DNA of 64,000 nt, from positions 16,440-80,439 of the IMG/VR virus record IMGVR_UViG_3300033179_000002. One strand, given 5' to 3'. Position numbers and translations under genes: made by a program. The notes under the pieces were generated by a model that did not search any database, had not been told where the DNA came from, and saw only the letters and a program-made list of their open reading frames with translations. This document shows, one piece after another, positions 53,607 through 63,754 of the stretch. Source of the DNA: a virus. Lineage: Duplodnaviria; Caudoviricetes. The number at the start of each line of letters is the position of its first letter. Position 1 is the first letter of the stretch.

Positions 53607-55922
53607 GTGTCCGTGTCAACACGCCCACCGCGGGCGAAAGCTGCCGGCCCCGGCGTGCCCGGCGCCAAACCGTACGCGCCCGGCACGCCGTTCGCCACCG
53701 ACCGCTTCATCCAGCGCCTCGCCAACCCGGGCAACGCCGAACGCGACGCCCAGTCCCGGGCCGACATCATCGCCGGCCTGAAACTGCTCAAGCACCAGCG
53801 CGTCCGGGCCGACACCGCTGATGACATGTATCATGGCGACGTCGGCATGGTGTATGCGTCGATGCAGGTCAAGAAGCTTCTGGCGAAGCAGGGCGTCACC
53901 GACCACGAGATCGACGACTTCAACTACGCAAAGATCCCTGTCGATGTCATCTCGAACCGTCTCAAGGTCGCCGCGATCAAGGTCGCGCCGAAGGTCGCCG
54001 ACGGCGACGACGAAGAGGACGAGGGCGAGGAGAACGGCACCGCCGACCCCGACGAAGACGAGAACGGCGGGGAAGGCGACGCCGAGGCCGGCACCACGGC
54101 AAAAACCGGTGTCGACGACAAGACGCTGCGGCGGGCGGAACGCGCGATCAAGCGGCTCGACCGGCACAACAGGATGGACGTCTACCGCAAAGACCTCATG
54201 AAAAAGGTGAGCCTGCACGGCGATGCCTTCATGTTCGTGTGGCCGGTCACCAGCGGCAAGCGGGTCGTCTCCGTCGACATGCGGGTCAACTCCGCGCACA
54301 ATGTCGCTTTCGCCTACGACCCCGAGGATCCGCTCCGGGTCGATTTCGTGATCAAATCCTGGGATGCGTCGCTTGGTCACAGCAGCGACGACGCCTACGT
54401 TGCCGACGGTCACGGCACCGCGCTCGGCAGCGGCAACGCCGCCCGCAAAAAGGTCTTCCGGGCCAACCTGTACTACCCGGGTCCGATGCAGATCGGCCCC
54501 GACGGCGACGTGGTCCAGGGCATGGGCCGCATCGAACGGTGGGTCACCGAACCCGGGCTGACACCGCAGAACGCGGCCTCCTGGGTGCGGGTCCACCAGG
54601 CCGAGGACATCGACGCCGAAGACCTCGACGCGGTCGCCGCCGACGAATTCGGCGACGAGGAAACCCCGCTCCACCAGGACGACATTCCGTCCCCATTCGG
54701 GCTGACCTGGTTCCATTTCCGCAACGACGTCCCCGGCGGCCGGCCGGAGCACGCCTCCGCCTATGGCCCCCAGAAGTTGATCAACAAGCTGATCTGGATG
54801 TACGCCGGGGTCATCGAATATCAGGGCTTCCCGCAGCGGTACCTCATGGTCGATCCGAAGATCGACGACCCGCTGCTCAACGTCGTGGACCCCGACCACC
54901 CCGACGACGAGGAAGACGACCCGGAGAACGAGACCGGGCACTCCGGGCTGCGTTCCGACCCCAACCAGCTGTGGCGGCTGTTCGGCAAGGCCACCGGTCA
55001 GTACTCCGCCGCCGACCCCGACACGCTGCTGAAGCCCCTGGACCGGTTCATCACGTCGATGAGCGAACTCACCAGCCTGCCCCGGTACGCGTTCACGAAG
55101 GCCAGCGCCGACCTGCCCAGCGGGGAGGCGATCCGCGGCCTCAACGGTGAACTCCTGGCAGTCATCGAGGACCGGCAGGCCCGCTACGACCCGGAGCTTG
55201 AAGACGCCTACGAGCTGGCGTTGCGGATGCTCAACATCGAAGGGGTCAGCGTCGACGTCCGGTGGGCGCCCGCGGCCCCGGTCAACGACGCTGCCGGCCT
55301 CGCCGTCCTCAAGGCCAAAGGTGAGCTGGGCGTACCGGACGAGGTGTTGCTCAACGAGGCCGGCTACCCGGATGAGCAGATCGACGAATGGCTGCAAAGC
55401 CGGGAGGGTGGTTCGGTGCAGAGCCGTCTCACCGACCTGGCCACGCTCGGCACCGCCGTGCAGGCGCTCGCCGCGGGTGTCACCGCCGGGGTCGTCGACG
55501 AGGGCGGGGCGAAGGCCCTGGTCGCCCGGATGATCCGGCTCATCGCCGAGGGTACCGCGGATCCGAAGCCTGGTAAGGATTCGCTGCCGGCACCGACGTT
55601 CCGTGCCCCGCCGCCGGTCAACCCGGCCATGGCGGCAGTCCAGGCGGGCAAGGTGGATCCGTTGAAACAGGCGCAGGTGGAGGCGACGAAGGCGACCGCG
55701 GCAGCGTCGCGTGCCGGGGCCGCGATGCTGCAGAGCAACGGCGGCCCACTGGCCGCCGGCCAGAACCAGCCGGGACGCCCCGGGCAGCCCGGACAGCCCG
55801 GACAGCCGGGTCGGCCGGGACAGCCCGGTAGGCGTCCCGTGAAGCCCCCCGCCACCGGCGCCCCGGCGGTCAAGGCGGTACGGCCGGCAAAGGCGCAGCC
55901 GTCGGGGCGCACCAATGGCTAA
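53607..55922 (+). CDS. Portal protein with long low-complexity C-terminus
   Basis: YHGD, NYAKIPVD, GFPQRY, SGEA motifs; downstream of terminase; (GQP/GRP)n tail. Confidence 0.8.
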   Translation: MSVSTRPPRAKAAGPGVPGAKPYAPGTPFATDRFIQRLANPGNAERDAQSRADIIAGLKLLKHQRVRADTADDMYHGDVGMVYASMQVKKLLAKQGVTDHEIDDFNYAKIPVDVISNRLKVAAIKVAPKVADGDDEEDEGEENGTADPDEDENGGEGDAEAGTTAKTGVDDKTLRRAERAIKRLDRHNRMDVYRKDLMKKVSLHGDAFMFVWPVTSGKRVVSVDMRVNSAHNVAFAYDPEDPLRVDFVIKSWDASLGHSSDDAYVADGHGTALGSGNAARKKVFRANLYYPGPMQIGPDGDVVQGMGRIERWVTEPGLTPQNAASWVRVHQAEDIDAEDLDAVAADEFGDEETPLHQDDIPSPFGLTWFHFRNDVPGGRPEHASAYGPQKLINKLIWMYAGVIEYQGFPQRYLMVDPKIDDPLLNVVDPDHPDDEEDDPENETGHSGLRSDPNQLWRLFGKATGQYSAADPDTLLKPLDRFITSMSELTSLPRYAFTKASADLPSGEAIRGLNGELLAVIEDRQARYDPELEDAYELALRMLNIEGVSVDVRWAPAAPVNDAAGLAVLKAKGELGVPDEVLLNEAGYPDEQIDEWLQSREGGSVQSRLTDLATLGTAVQALAAGVTAGVVDEGGAKALVARMIRLIAEGTADPKPGKDSLPAPTFRAPPPVNPAMAAVQAGKVDPLKQAQVEATKATAAASRAGAAMLQSNGGPLAAGQNQPGRPGQPGQPGQPGRPGQPGRRPVKPPATGAPAVKAVRPAKAQPSGRTNG

Positions 55923-57552
55923 ACGGAAACTCGCCTTCAAGGAGTGGCAGCATCCCCGGGATGTCCGGGGGCGCTTCACCCGCGGCCACGGCTCCGGCGA
56001 CTGGGCGGCACGTGCCGCGAAAGCCTTCGAGGCCGCCGCCGCCGACACCCGGCCGCCGGCCAAGCTGCGCGGCCCGCGGATCAGCCGCAACGCGAAGGCC
56101 GCCGCCATCCTGGAGCAGCACGTGCCCGGGGCGGGCGGCAACCTGTCAAAGAAGTACACGCCGCCACCGCTGCCGAAGCCGAAGGTGGAGCCGAAGCTGA
56201 AGCTGAAGGCAGAGCTCCCATCCGACACCCGCCGCAAGACCATCGAAGACATCGGCTTCGGTGATCAGGTGCAGCACGATGGCGTCTGGCGCAGGGTCCA
56301 GGGCACCGGATTCGGTGGCGGCACCGACTACGTGATCGTTCGCGACGATGCCGGCAAACAGGTCAAGATACCGATCGACGGATATGCGCTCACCCGACCC
56401 GACCGACCCGACTTCCATGAACCGCTCCGGCCGGCCCAGGCGAAGCGTATGGCGCAGTTCCGCGCCGACGCCGCGAAGCCGCCGCCGCTGCGCATCGTCA
56501 CCAACCGGGAAGAGAACCGCCGCGCCTACGCACAGGATGTGCAGGCGAAGGACACCGCCCTGAAAGAGGCGCAGCGCAAGGCCCGCGCCCGCGCCAACCG
56601 GAAATACCCGGCCAAAGAGGGCTACAGCAAGCGGACCCGTGACAATTATGTCGATGAGGAGACCTGGCCGCAGCAGTCAGCCGCCGAATATGCCCGGGGC
56701 ATCCTCGACGCGTTCGACAAGCCGGGCGACCCGGGCACGGAAACCTACCTGGACAAGTCCAGCTACCGGATGCCGGTCCTGGACGGCACCTTGAACCGTG
56801 ACCGGCCCCTCGCCGTGTACGGCGACCTGCTGCGCATCGAGGACAACGACCAGGGCACCCTGAAGCATCTCGCCGACATGGAGCTGCTGCCCGCCGAAGT
56901 ACACCTGATCGTGGCCAGGCACATGCAGCACGGCCGGACCCGGTACAACCGGCCGGAGTTGAGCAAGTCGACGGGGATCTGGCTCGGGTCGAAACCGGTC
57001 TCCCAGCTGGACCATCAGCAGGAGCTGGCCACGGAACGTCCGCGCGGCTGGGCGGAAGGGAAGACCTTCGACCATGTCGACGGGGTCTACAACTATGCCG
57101 GCCCGACCCTGGTGGTCGGTGTCTCGGAGTCGTCGAAGAGGCGCGGCGAGAAGCAGCCCGCCTTGCACGAGCTGGGGCATGCGCTCGATTCGGCTGTCGG
57201 GTCGCTGCTCCAGGAGGATGACCACAACCTGTCGTCGCGGGCGTCGGAAGAGCCGGCCTGGGTGAAGCTGTGGCAGGACACGCTTGACGCCGCCCCGGAC
57301 ATCAGCCCCTATTTCCGGCAGAAGGTGGGCGCCGGGAACGTGGAACTGTGGGCGGAGGCGTTCGGCGAATGGGCGCGCGCCCGCGCGAAAGCCCGCCAGT
57401 CGGAAACCTTCACAGGCGGGGACTACCTGAGCAATCGGGGCGAGATGGCGATGCGGTCCGCGTTCCAGATCCCGAAGGAACGTCATGACGCCGCCGCCGC
57501 ACTCAACGCCTACTTCGAGGATCTCGTCAAGCGTCTGGGGATCGAGCTGTGA
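55915..57552 (+). CDS. HPRD-type tag + C-terminal zincin metallopeptidase
   Basis: EWQHPRDVRGRF; LHELGHALD and ELWAEAF. Confidence 0.75.
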   Translation: MAKRKLAFKEWQHPRDVRGRFTRGHGSGDWAARAAKAFEAAAADTRPPAKLRGPRISRNAKAAAILEQHVPGAGGNLSKKYTPPPLPKPKVEPKLKLKAELPSDTRRKTIEDIGFGDQVQHDGVWRRVQGTGFGGGTDYVIVRDDAGKQVKIPIDGYALTRPDRPDFHEPLRPAQAKRMAQFRADAAKPPPLRIVTNREENRRAYAQDVQAKDTALKEAQRKARARANRKYPAKEGYSKRTRDNYVDEETWPQQSAAEYARGILDAFDKPGDPGTETYLDKSSYRMPVLDGTLNRDRPLAVYGDLLRIEDNDQGTLKHLADMELLPAEVHLIVARHMQHGRTRYNRPELSKSTGIWLGSKPVSQLDHQQELATERPRGWAEGKTFDHVDGVYNYAGPTLVVGVSESSKRRGEKQPALHELGHALDSAVGSLLQEDDHNLSSRASEEPAWVKLWQDTLDAAPDISPYFRQKVGAGNVELWAEAFGEWARARAKARQSETFTGGDYLSNRGEMAMRSAFQIPKERHDAAAALNAYFEDLVKRLGIEL

Positions 57553-57731
57553 CCGCCGTTGAACCGTACCGGGAGGGCCGGTACATCTGGGCGCCGAAGC
57601 GCGCTGAGTCCGCCGACGGTGGCACCATCGGGGTCGGCTGGGTCAAGCTGGCGCCCGGGGATGCCGGCTTCGACATGTGGAACCGTTATCTGCGGCGCGT
57701 CCAGCCGCGCGGCGCCGGGAGCCGGGCATGA
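57549..57731 (+). CDS. Small protein coupled to zincin gene
   Basis: GTGA overlap. Confidence 0.45.
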   Translation: MTAVEPYREGRYIWAPKRAESADGGTIGVGWVKLAPGDAGFDMWNRYLRRVQPRGAGSRA

Positions 57732-57742
57732 GTATTGCCGTA

Positions 57743-57760
57743 TTGACACACCATGTGTCA
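57743..57760 (+). promoter_or_regulatory. TTGACA with perfect palindrome (57744-57760)
   Basis: TGACACA-CCA-TGTGTCA; -10 weak. Confidence 0.75.
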
Positions 57761-57778
57761 GTTCTGGATGATGGCGGT

Positions 57779-58255
57779 ATGACCCGTCGCCGCACCACCC
57801 CGGCCCGTCCCGCCTGCCTCCCCGTCGGCCTGCCCGCCCCGGCCCCGCACATCGATCGGCGCTCCTGCATGTTCTGCCCCGACGTGGTGTTGCAGGCTCG
57901 ACCGACGGCCAACCGTGCCGAATGGGAGTACTTCGATGTGGCGACCGGCCTGTCGTACGTCGACAACACGCCGCCGGAGCTGCGCGCCGACCCCGCGAAG
58001 TGGTGGGCCGACCTGGCGCGCGAGCGGCCCGGCACGTACAGCGTGCTGATCGCCGCCCAGGCGACCGGCCAGCACTCGTGGTGGCATCACCACATCCCCG
58101 GCGCATCGCTGCCCGGCCAGCCGGTCAACACCTCGGTGCCATACTGCTGCAGCCAGCCGATGTGGGCGTCCCCGGACGGTTGGGTGTGCCGTGACGCCGG
58201 CTACCGCTCGCAGCCGCGCCCCTACACCGAAGGTGGCCCCGATGAGCTGGAATGA
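57779..58255 (+). CDS. Hypothetical protein (Cys-containing)
   Basis: Downstream of palindrome. Confidence 0.5.
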   Translation: MTRRRTTPARPACLPVGLPAPAPHIDRRSCMFCPDVVLQARPTANRAEWEYFDVATGLSYVDNTPPELRADPAKWWADLARERPGTYSVLIAAQATGQHSWWHHHIPGASLPGQPVNTSVPYCCSQPMWASPDGWVCRDAGYRSQPRPYTEGGPDELE

Positions 58256-58362
58256 GGAACTGCATCAGCCGAAGACGACGAAACGCCGCACCCCGCGGGG
58301 CACTTCGGTGGAACCATGGATGAGCAAGGTCAACAGCCAGATGGAGCAGAGGGGTTCCCGCC

Positions 58363-59775
58363 GTGGCTCGTCATAAGAGGATCTTCCGCGAGTGGCAGCA
58401 CCCCCGCGACAACGCCGGCAAATTCTCCCGCAAGGGTGGCGAGGCCTGGGTGAAGCGGGCCGCCGAGGCCTTCAAGTCGGCGACACCCAGCCTGAAAGAG
58501 GGTTCCGCACCGCCCGCCAGTGCGCCCGGCCGGCCCCGGATCGGCCAGGGGGCGAAGGCCGCGAAGCTGTTTGCCGCACACCAGCCCGGCGTCGACACCG
58601 GCCTGTCGAAGCCGTACACGCCAAAGAAGGCCGCCCCGAAAGCGAAGCGGCCCAGCACGTTCGAGCTGGGCCCGAAGTCGAAGTCGTCGAGCGAGTACGG
58701 CGTCAAGCCGAAGGTGCCGGCCGCGAAGACCGGCACCGACCACGGCAAACTCTCCGATGCCCAGCTTGAACACGGCCTCGTCATGCACGGCAACACGTCG
58801 CCGAAAGGCAAAGCCATCCAGGCCGAGGTCGACCGGCGCAAGCTGGCAGCCGCCCGCGCCTCCGAGGCTGCCGCGCCGAAGCGTGAATCCGGGCTCGCCG
58901 CCCTGGCCGCCGGTGCGCACGCCCGTGCGGCAGAGGATGCGGCGAAAGGCCCGGGGACGAAGCTCGGCACCAGCGGGCATCTGCTGACCCCGCAGGAACG
59001 GGAGGCCAAACTCCGTGCCGCGCGGGCAAGCGAAGCCTCCTCCGTGGTCAGCGGTCGCGAATCCGGTCTGGCGCATCTCAGCCCCGAAGGCCGCGCGAAG
59101 CTTGATGCGCAGATGCAGACGAAGCTGAACGAGGGGCGCAACAGCGGTGCCGGCAACCTGGGCGCCGACATTCTCGGCCCGGCCGACGGCGGCGCCGGTG
59201 ACGTCATGCGGCAGATCCGCGCCCGGCCCACACACGAGGTGCCGCCGACGGTTGGTGAGAACTCCTACGCCGGCATGAAGCGGCACACCCTGGTGTCGCT
59301 GGCCGGACTCGCCGGCATCAAGGCGACCGGCAAGTCCAACGGCGATCTCGCGCGCGAGCTGGCCGCGAAGGACGACCAGGTGAAGGCGTCCCGGGCGGCG
59401 AAGCTCAACCCGGGCAGGGTCGGCAAGCCCAGCGGCCCGGCGAAGCCGGCCAGGAAGGCGGCGGCGCCCCGGGTTGCGAAGGCTGCGTCCAGCGCACCGG
59501 CAGCCTACAAGTACCAGGGCGCCGGCACCCCGGAGCGCATCGCCCACTATCAGGCGATGGACGAGGGTGCGCTGCGCGACCTTGCGAAGAGCCGCGGCCT
59601 GATCGTCGACGGCCGCAGCAAAAACCAGCTCGTCGACGCCCTCGCCGACTCCGACGCCAGCAAGAAGCAGGTGTTGCAGGTCGGCGCCGGGGCGATCGAA
59701 AACGTCGGCCCGCGGATCAGCCCCCTGACCCGCACCGAGGTCGGCGGCTGGAAGGGCGGCCGGGGAAAAGCGTAG
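58363..59775 (+). CDS. HPRD-type tag, Ala/Lys-rich protein with two HeH/Rho_N-like motifs
   Basis: EWQHPRDNAGKF; LRDLAKSRGLIVDGRSKNQLVDAL. Confidence 0.65.
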   Translation: MARHKRIFREWQHPRDNAGKFSRKGGEAWVKRAAEAFKSATPSLKEGSAPPASAPGRPRIGQGAKAAKLFAAHQPGVDTGLSKPYTPKKAAPKAKRPSTFELGPKSKSSSEYGVKPKVPAAKTGTDHGKLSDAQLEHGLVMHGNTSPKGKAIQAEVDRRKLAAARASEAAAPKRESGLAALAAGAHARAAEDAAKGPGTKLGTSGHLLTPQEREAKLRAARASEASSVVSGRESGLAHLSPEGRAKLDAQMQTKLNEGRNSGAGNLGADILGPADGGAGDVMRQIRARPTHEVPPTVGENSYAGMKRHTLVSLAGLAGIKATGKSNGDLARELAAKDDQVKASRAAKLNPGRVGKPSGPAKPARKAAAPRVAKAASSAPAAYKYQGAGTPERIAHYQAMDEGALRDLAKSRGLIVDGRSKNQLVDALADSDASKKQVLQVGAGAIENVGPRISPLTRTEVGGWKGGRGKA

Positions 59776-59802
59776 GCCCGCAGGGCGGGCACGCCGCACG
59801 AG

Positions 59803-59831
59803 TTGACACATCATCTGTCAACTCGCATACT
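59803..59831 (+). promoter_or_regulatory. Promoter TTGACA-17-CATACT with palindrome (59804-59820)
   Basis: TGACACA-TCA-TCTGTCA. Confidence 0.75.
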
Positions 59832-59867
59832 GGTGGTGGAAGCAAAACCCCCACCACGGAGGCGAAC

Positions 59868-62800
59868 GTGACCGCACCGAAGAAGGCCACGCCGGGTGAG
59901 GCGACGCTGGGCGTCACCGAATCCAGCCGGGGCCGCACCACCACCGTCACCCTGCCCGACGGCAGCACCGCCACCCGGACCAGTAAGACGAAGGCCTACA
60001 CACATGCCGTCGTCGTCACCACCGACCACCGTGGCGAGGCGCGGGACATGCGCAAGAAGGCCGACGGGCAGGAGCGCTTCGCCGACGCCCTGCAGGCCTG
60101 GATGGACAACGGTGCCGACACGTCGAAGCTCGTCGGCCACCCGACCGCCAGCCTGTCGCTCAACGAGCAGCGGCGCGGCAAGTCGAAGACGGAGTACTAC
60201 CTGCCCGGGTTCGAGCCGGTGCAGGTCGCCGTGCCGCGCTCCAGGTTCGGTGGCGGCGGCACCCGCTGGGACGACCCGAACGGCTACAGCCTGCCGAACT
60301 TCAAGGACACCGAACGCCTCGACTTCCCTTCCGGCGACGAGTTTTCGAAGCGTGTTCACGGCAAGACGGCATGGGAGGCGTACGGGCCCGCGCACGTACT
60401 CAAGGAGAAGCGCAGCCGCGTCGTGACCCTGCACAAGAAGGCCGACGAGCTTGACGCCGGACCGGCCGAGAGTCACGCCGTATGGCGCTGGTCGCAGTCG
60501 CTGCCGAACGCCGCGAAAGGCCGTGCCGAGTTCGAGCAGGTGCCGAACACCCGGCTGCAGATCATCGGGGTCGGCGGCGAGGCGAAGGAACTGCCGAAGC
60601 CCGCCAAGATGGTGCCGTCGGTGGAGGACAAGGCGGCCTCGAAGGCTACGGCGCTGGCCGCGCAGAAGGAACGGGCCGCACTGGCCGACCGCCGATGGGC
60701 GGAGAGCAAGGGCATGTGGGCGCGTGACAACCCGGACGCCACCCCGGAGCAGGTCATCGGCGGCGCCACCGACAAGGGTGTCGTGCTGCTGGCCGAGCAT
60801 TACGGGGTCAAGGTGCCGCGCCTGAAGGCCGAGCGGGGCAACCTGAAGGCCGACATCACCGCGGCGATGCGCCGGGAAGGTGCGCCGGAGGCGCCAAAGG
60901 CCGAGGCACCGAAGGTCGGCGCCCCGAACGGTATCCGGCCGACCGACGGCCGCCCCGACGTGTCCGCGATCACCAAAATGCAGGGACGTAACCGCGAATA
61001 CGACATCGGTCACAGCCGTGGCCGCACCACCACGGCGGCGCCCGACATCGTGCGCGCCGGAAACGGCGTCATGGACGGCCAGCCCGCCTCCGCCGAGATC
61101 ATGAACCCGGTCGACGGGACCGGCGGCTACCGGTACCGGATCTACAACGACCAGACCGGCGCCACCCTGGAGGAAGGCGCCAGCCGGGATCTCGCCGAGG
61201 TTAAGGCCAAGGTCGACCGGATGTACTCCAGCCAGCGCGGCGGCGGCATGGCCCGCACCGCGGGCAACGGGGTGCACTACGAGGCCCGCTCCGTCGAGCG
61301 CAAGAAGGACCCGAGTCGGGGCGACTTCGGCAAAGGCCCCTTCTACGACCACACCGTGGTCGAGGTCCGCAAAGACGGCTCAGAGCACGTCAGGGTCAAG
61401 ACGGGCAGCGCAAGCAAGGCAGAGGCGCAGGCCGCGGAGATAAACGCCAAGGAGGGCGTGACTCCCCCGGTGGCTGCCACCTCCGCCAGCGGCCTGCAGA
61501 CCGTCGACCTCGGCAACGGACGTACCCGCATCGGCGGCGACCGGCCCGGCGACGTCTGGGTCGATAAGCAGGGCAACCCGGTCGCCAACCCGTCGCAGAC
61601 CGCCATCGTGCGCGGCGACGTCAAGCTGCTGCCGCGCGTCGGCACCAACGACGCGCAGGCCGCCGCCCTGCGCCCGCGCATCGAAGGCGAAACCGACTTC
61701 GCCTACAGCATCCGGACCGCACCCAGCCGGGACGCCGCCGTGCGCATCCTCAACGGCTACAACATGGCCGGGCTGCGCGCCATCGCCCGCGACGAAAAGG
61801 TCACCGTGCCGTCCGGGGCGACGAAGCCGCAGATGGTCGACCAGCTCACCCGGTCGCTGCACGACCGGGCCGCGAACAGCAACGCCATCGACGAGATGGT
61901 GCGCGGGCCGCGCGCCGAAACGCCGGCCGCCCGGACGGTGACACCGCAGGGCGGGCCGGCCGCCGGGCCGACGCCGAAGGCGACGATGACCGGCGCCGAA
62001 CTGCTCGCGCAGCGCCGGGCGACCAGCAGCGCCAACCTGGAGAAGGGCCGCGCCGTCCAGCGCGACATGAAGGTTGAGGAGTTGAAGGCCTCCAAGACTC
62101 CGACCGACAACGCCGCCAAGATCCGGGCCCTCGTCGACGGCCGGATGGGTTCCGCCGACCTGTACCGCACCGCGATGGCTGGCCCGTCCGGGCAGCGGGC
62201 CGCGGTGTTCGCCGGACACGTCCGGCACACCCCCGACCACCCGTCCGGCGAATTCAGCGTCACCGACCGCAACGGTCAGCGCGCCGGATGGGTCACCTCG
62301 ACGGTGCACAACGGCAAGCAGGCCTACGCCGTGCACTCGGAGAACTACGACGGCGAAACGAAGCTGCTCGGCTGGGCCGACACCATCTCGCACGCCGCCG
62401 ACGTGCTCACCAACGGCGAGGCGGCGGCCAGCACCGGCGGCACCCTCGACGCACGCCGGATCAGCGGGCGGCTGTTCGAGCCGTACCAGGGCCGCAACAA
62501 GTCCGTGGCCGAACTGGACCGGGAGGCGCTCGACCGGGAGATCCGCCAGCACCGCGAGGCGCTCGCGAACCCGAACCTGACGCCGGGCATCCGGGCGCGC
62601 CGTGAGGCGAGCCTGGCCAAGCTGGAAGCCGAGCGCAGGGGCGAGCCGCCCACCAGTCCGCAGGTGGCGAAGACCATCGACCCGGAACTGCTCGCCCGCC
62701 GCGCCGCCGCCGTCAGCGGCAACCCGAAAGCAAGCCCGGTCGACGGCCTCGACGACATGCAGCGCCAGATGCTCGCCTCGATCAAGGACGACCCGGAGCG

Positions 62801-63224
62801 TTACGCCGAGGTGCGCCGCCGGTTCATCGCCGGCAACGCCCCACACCCGTTCCGCCAGCAGGCCGCGAAAACCCTCGACCAGCGGCTTGCCGGACTGCCC
62901 GAGATCGCCAAGGAGCGGGCCAGGAAGCTCGACCCCGCCCGGGTGTCCGGCATCACCGCATCCAGCGTGGCCAGCAGCCATCACAACTTCGGCTCAGGCG
63001 GCAACTTCTTCACCGTGTACGCCGGGCAGTTCGGCGACGAGAAAGCGCAGCTCGGAAACATTCAGGGTGACGGTGGCATGGCCGGGGACTTCCAGATCGG
63101 CGACACCGGCAAATGGGTGAAGGTCGCCCCCCTGGGCAAGCACCAGGGCGAAGACTGGTCCTATGTCTGGATCGACCCGCAGCGCACCAAGGTTCCGGAC
63201 AAGAGCCGCCGCCCCGGGCGGTAG
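59868..63224 (+). CDS. 1118-aa multidomain protein of unknown function
   Basis: GGAGG RBS; uninterrupted ORF; HeH-like motif LRAIARDEKVTVPSGATKPQMVDQL. Confidence 0.7.
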   Translation: MTAPKKATPGEATLGVTESSRGRTTTVTLPDGSTATRTSKTKAYTHAVVVTTDHRGEARDMRKKADGQERFADALQAWMDNGADTSKLVGHPTASLSLNEQRRGKSKTEYYLPGFEPVQVAVPRSRFGGGGTRWDDPNGYSLPNFKDTERLDFPSGDEFSKRVHGKTAWEAYGPAHVLKEKRSRVVTLHKKADELDAGPAESHAVWRWSQSLPNAAKGRAEFEQVPNTRLQIIGVGGEAKELPKPAKMVPSVEDKAASKATALAAQKERAALADRRWAESKGMWARDNPDATPEQVIGGATDKGVVLLAEHYGVKVPRLKAERGNLKADITAAMRREGAPEAPKAEAPKVGAPNGIRPTDGRPDVSAITKMQGRNREYDIGHSRGRTTTAAPDIVRAGNGVMDGQPASAEIMNPVDGTGGYRYRIYNDQTGATLEEGASRDLAEVKAKVDRMYSSQRGGGMARTAGNGVHYEARSVERKKDPSRGDFGKGPFYDHTVVEVRKDGSEHVRVKTGSASKAEAQAAEINAKEGVTPPVAATSASGLQTVDLGNGRTRIGGDRPGDVWVDKQGNPVANPSQTAIVRGDVKLLPRVGTNDAQAAALRPRIEGETDFAYSIRTAPSRDAAVRILNGYNMAGLRAIARDEKVTVPSGATKPQMVDQLTRSLHDRAANSNAIDEMVRGPRAETPAARTVTPQGGPAAGPTPKATMTGAELLAQRRATSSANLEKGRAVQRDMKVEELKASKTPTDNAAKIRALVDGRMGSADLYRTAMAGPSGQRAAVFAGHVRHTPDHPSGEFSVTDRNGQRAGWVTSTVHNGKQAYAVHSENYDGETKLLGWADTISHAADVLTNGEAAASTGGTLDARRISGRLFEPYQGRNKSVAELDREALDREIRQHREALANPNLTPGIRARREASLAKLEAERRGEPPTSPQVAKTIDPELLARRAAAVSGNPKASPVDGLDDMQRQMLASIKDDPERYAEVRRRFIAGNAPHPFRQQAAKTLDQRLAGLPEIAKERARKLDPARVSGITASSVASSHHNFGSGGNFFTVYAGQFGDEKAQLGNIQGDGGMAGDFQIGDTGKWVKVAPLGKHQGEDWSYVWIDPQRTKVPDKSRRPGR

Positions 63225-63252
63225 CCGGTCAGCGCCACCACAGACTAGCGAG

Positions 63253-63282
63253 TTGACACATCATGTGTCAGTTCGCTAGTCT
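63253..63282 (+). promoter_or_regulatory. Promoter TTGACA-18-TAGTCT with perfect palindrome (63254-63270)
   Basis: Read directly. Confidence 0.8.
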
Positions 63283-63322
63283 GTACTCGTTGGGTTGAAC
63301 AACGAGCCGGGAGGCGGCCACC

Positions 63323-63751
63323 ATGGCACGCAAGCTGTACAACAGATACGGGATCACCGAACTGCGCACCTGGGCCCGCGACCTGAAGATCGCCGGACGC
63401 AGCAAGATGACCGGCGACGAGCTGGTTGCGGCCTGCTTCGCGGTTGTCCGTGCGCGGGTCGTCGCCGCCGAACGCGCCGTGCTCGCCGCGGTTGCCGTCG
63501 AGCCCGGCACGCTACTACGGCACAAGGAGACCGGTACGGTCGTGCGGGTCACGAGTTGGCCGGTCCCGTACGTCCGGGACGGCGTCAACTACGAGTCGCT
63601 GGCCTTCACCGCCGAATACGTCACCATGGGCACCCGGCAGCCCGGCCAGTGCGGCAGTGTCGAGCACCTGAACCGGATGGACGCGCTGTCGGCCGCGAAC
63701 GGCTACACCCTGCAGCACATGCTGTACCAGCACGAAGCGTTGGAGGCCTGA
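63323..63751 (+). CDS. Protein with N-terminal Rho_N/HeH-like domain
   Basis: ITELRTWARDLKIAGRSKMTGDELVAA; GGGAGG RBS. Confidence 0.65.
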   Translation: MARKLYNRYGITELRTWARDLKIAGRSKMTGDELVAACFAVVRARVVAAERAVLAAVAVEPGTLLRHKETGTVVRVTSWPVPYVRDGVNYESLAFTAEYVTMGTRQPGQCGSVEHLNRMDALSAANGYTLQHMLYQHEALEA

Positions 63752-63754
63752 ACC

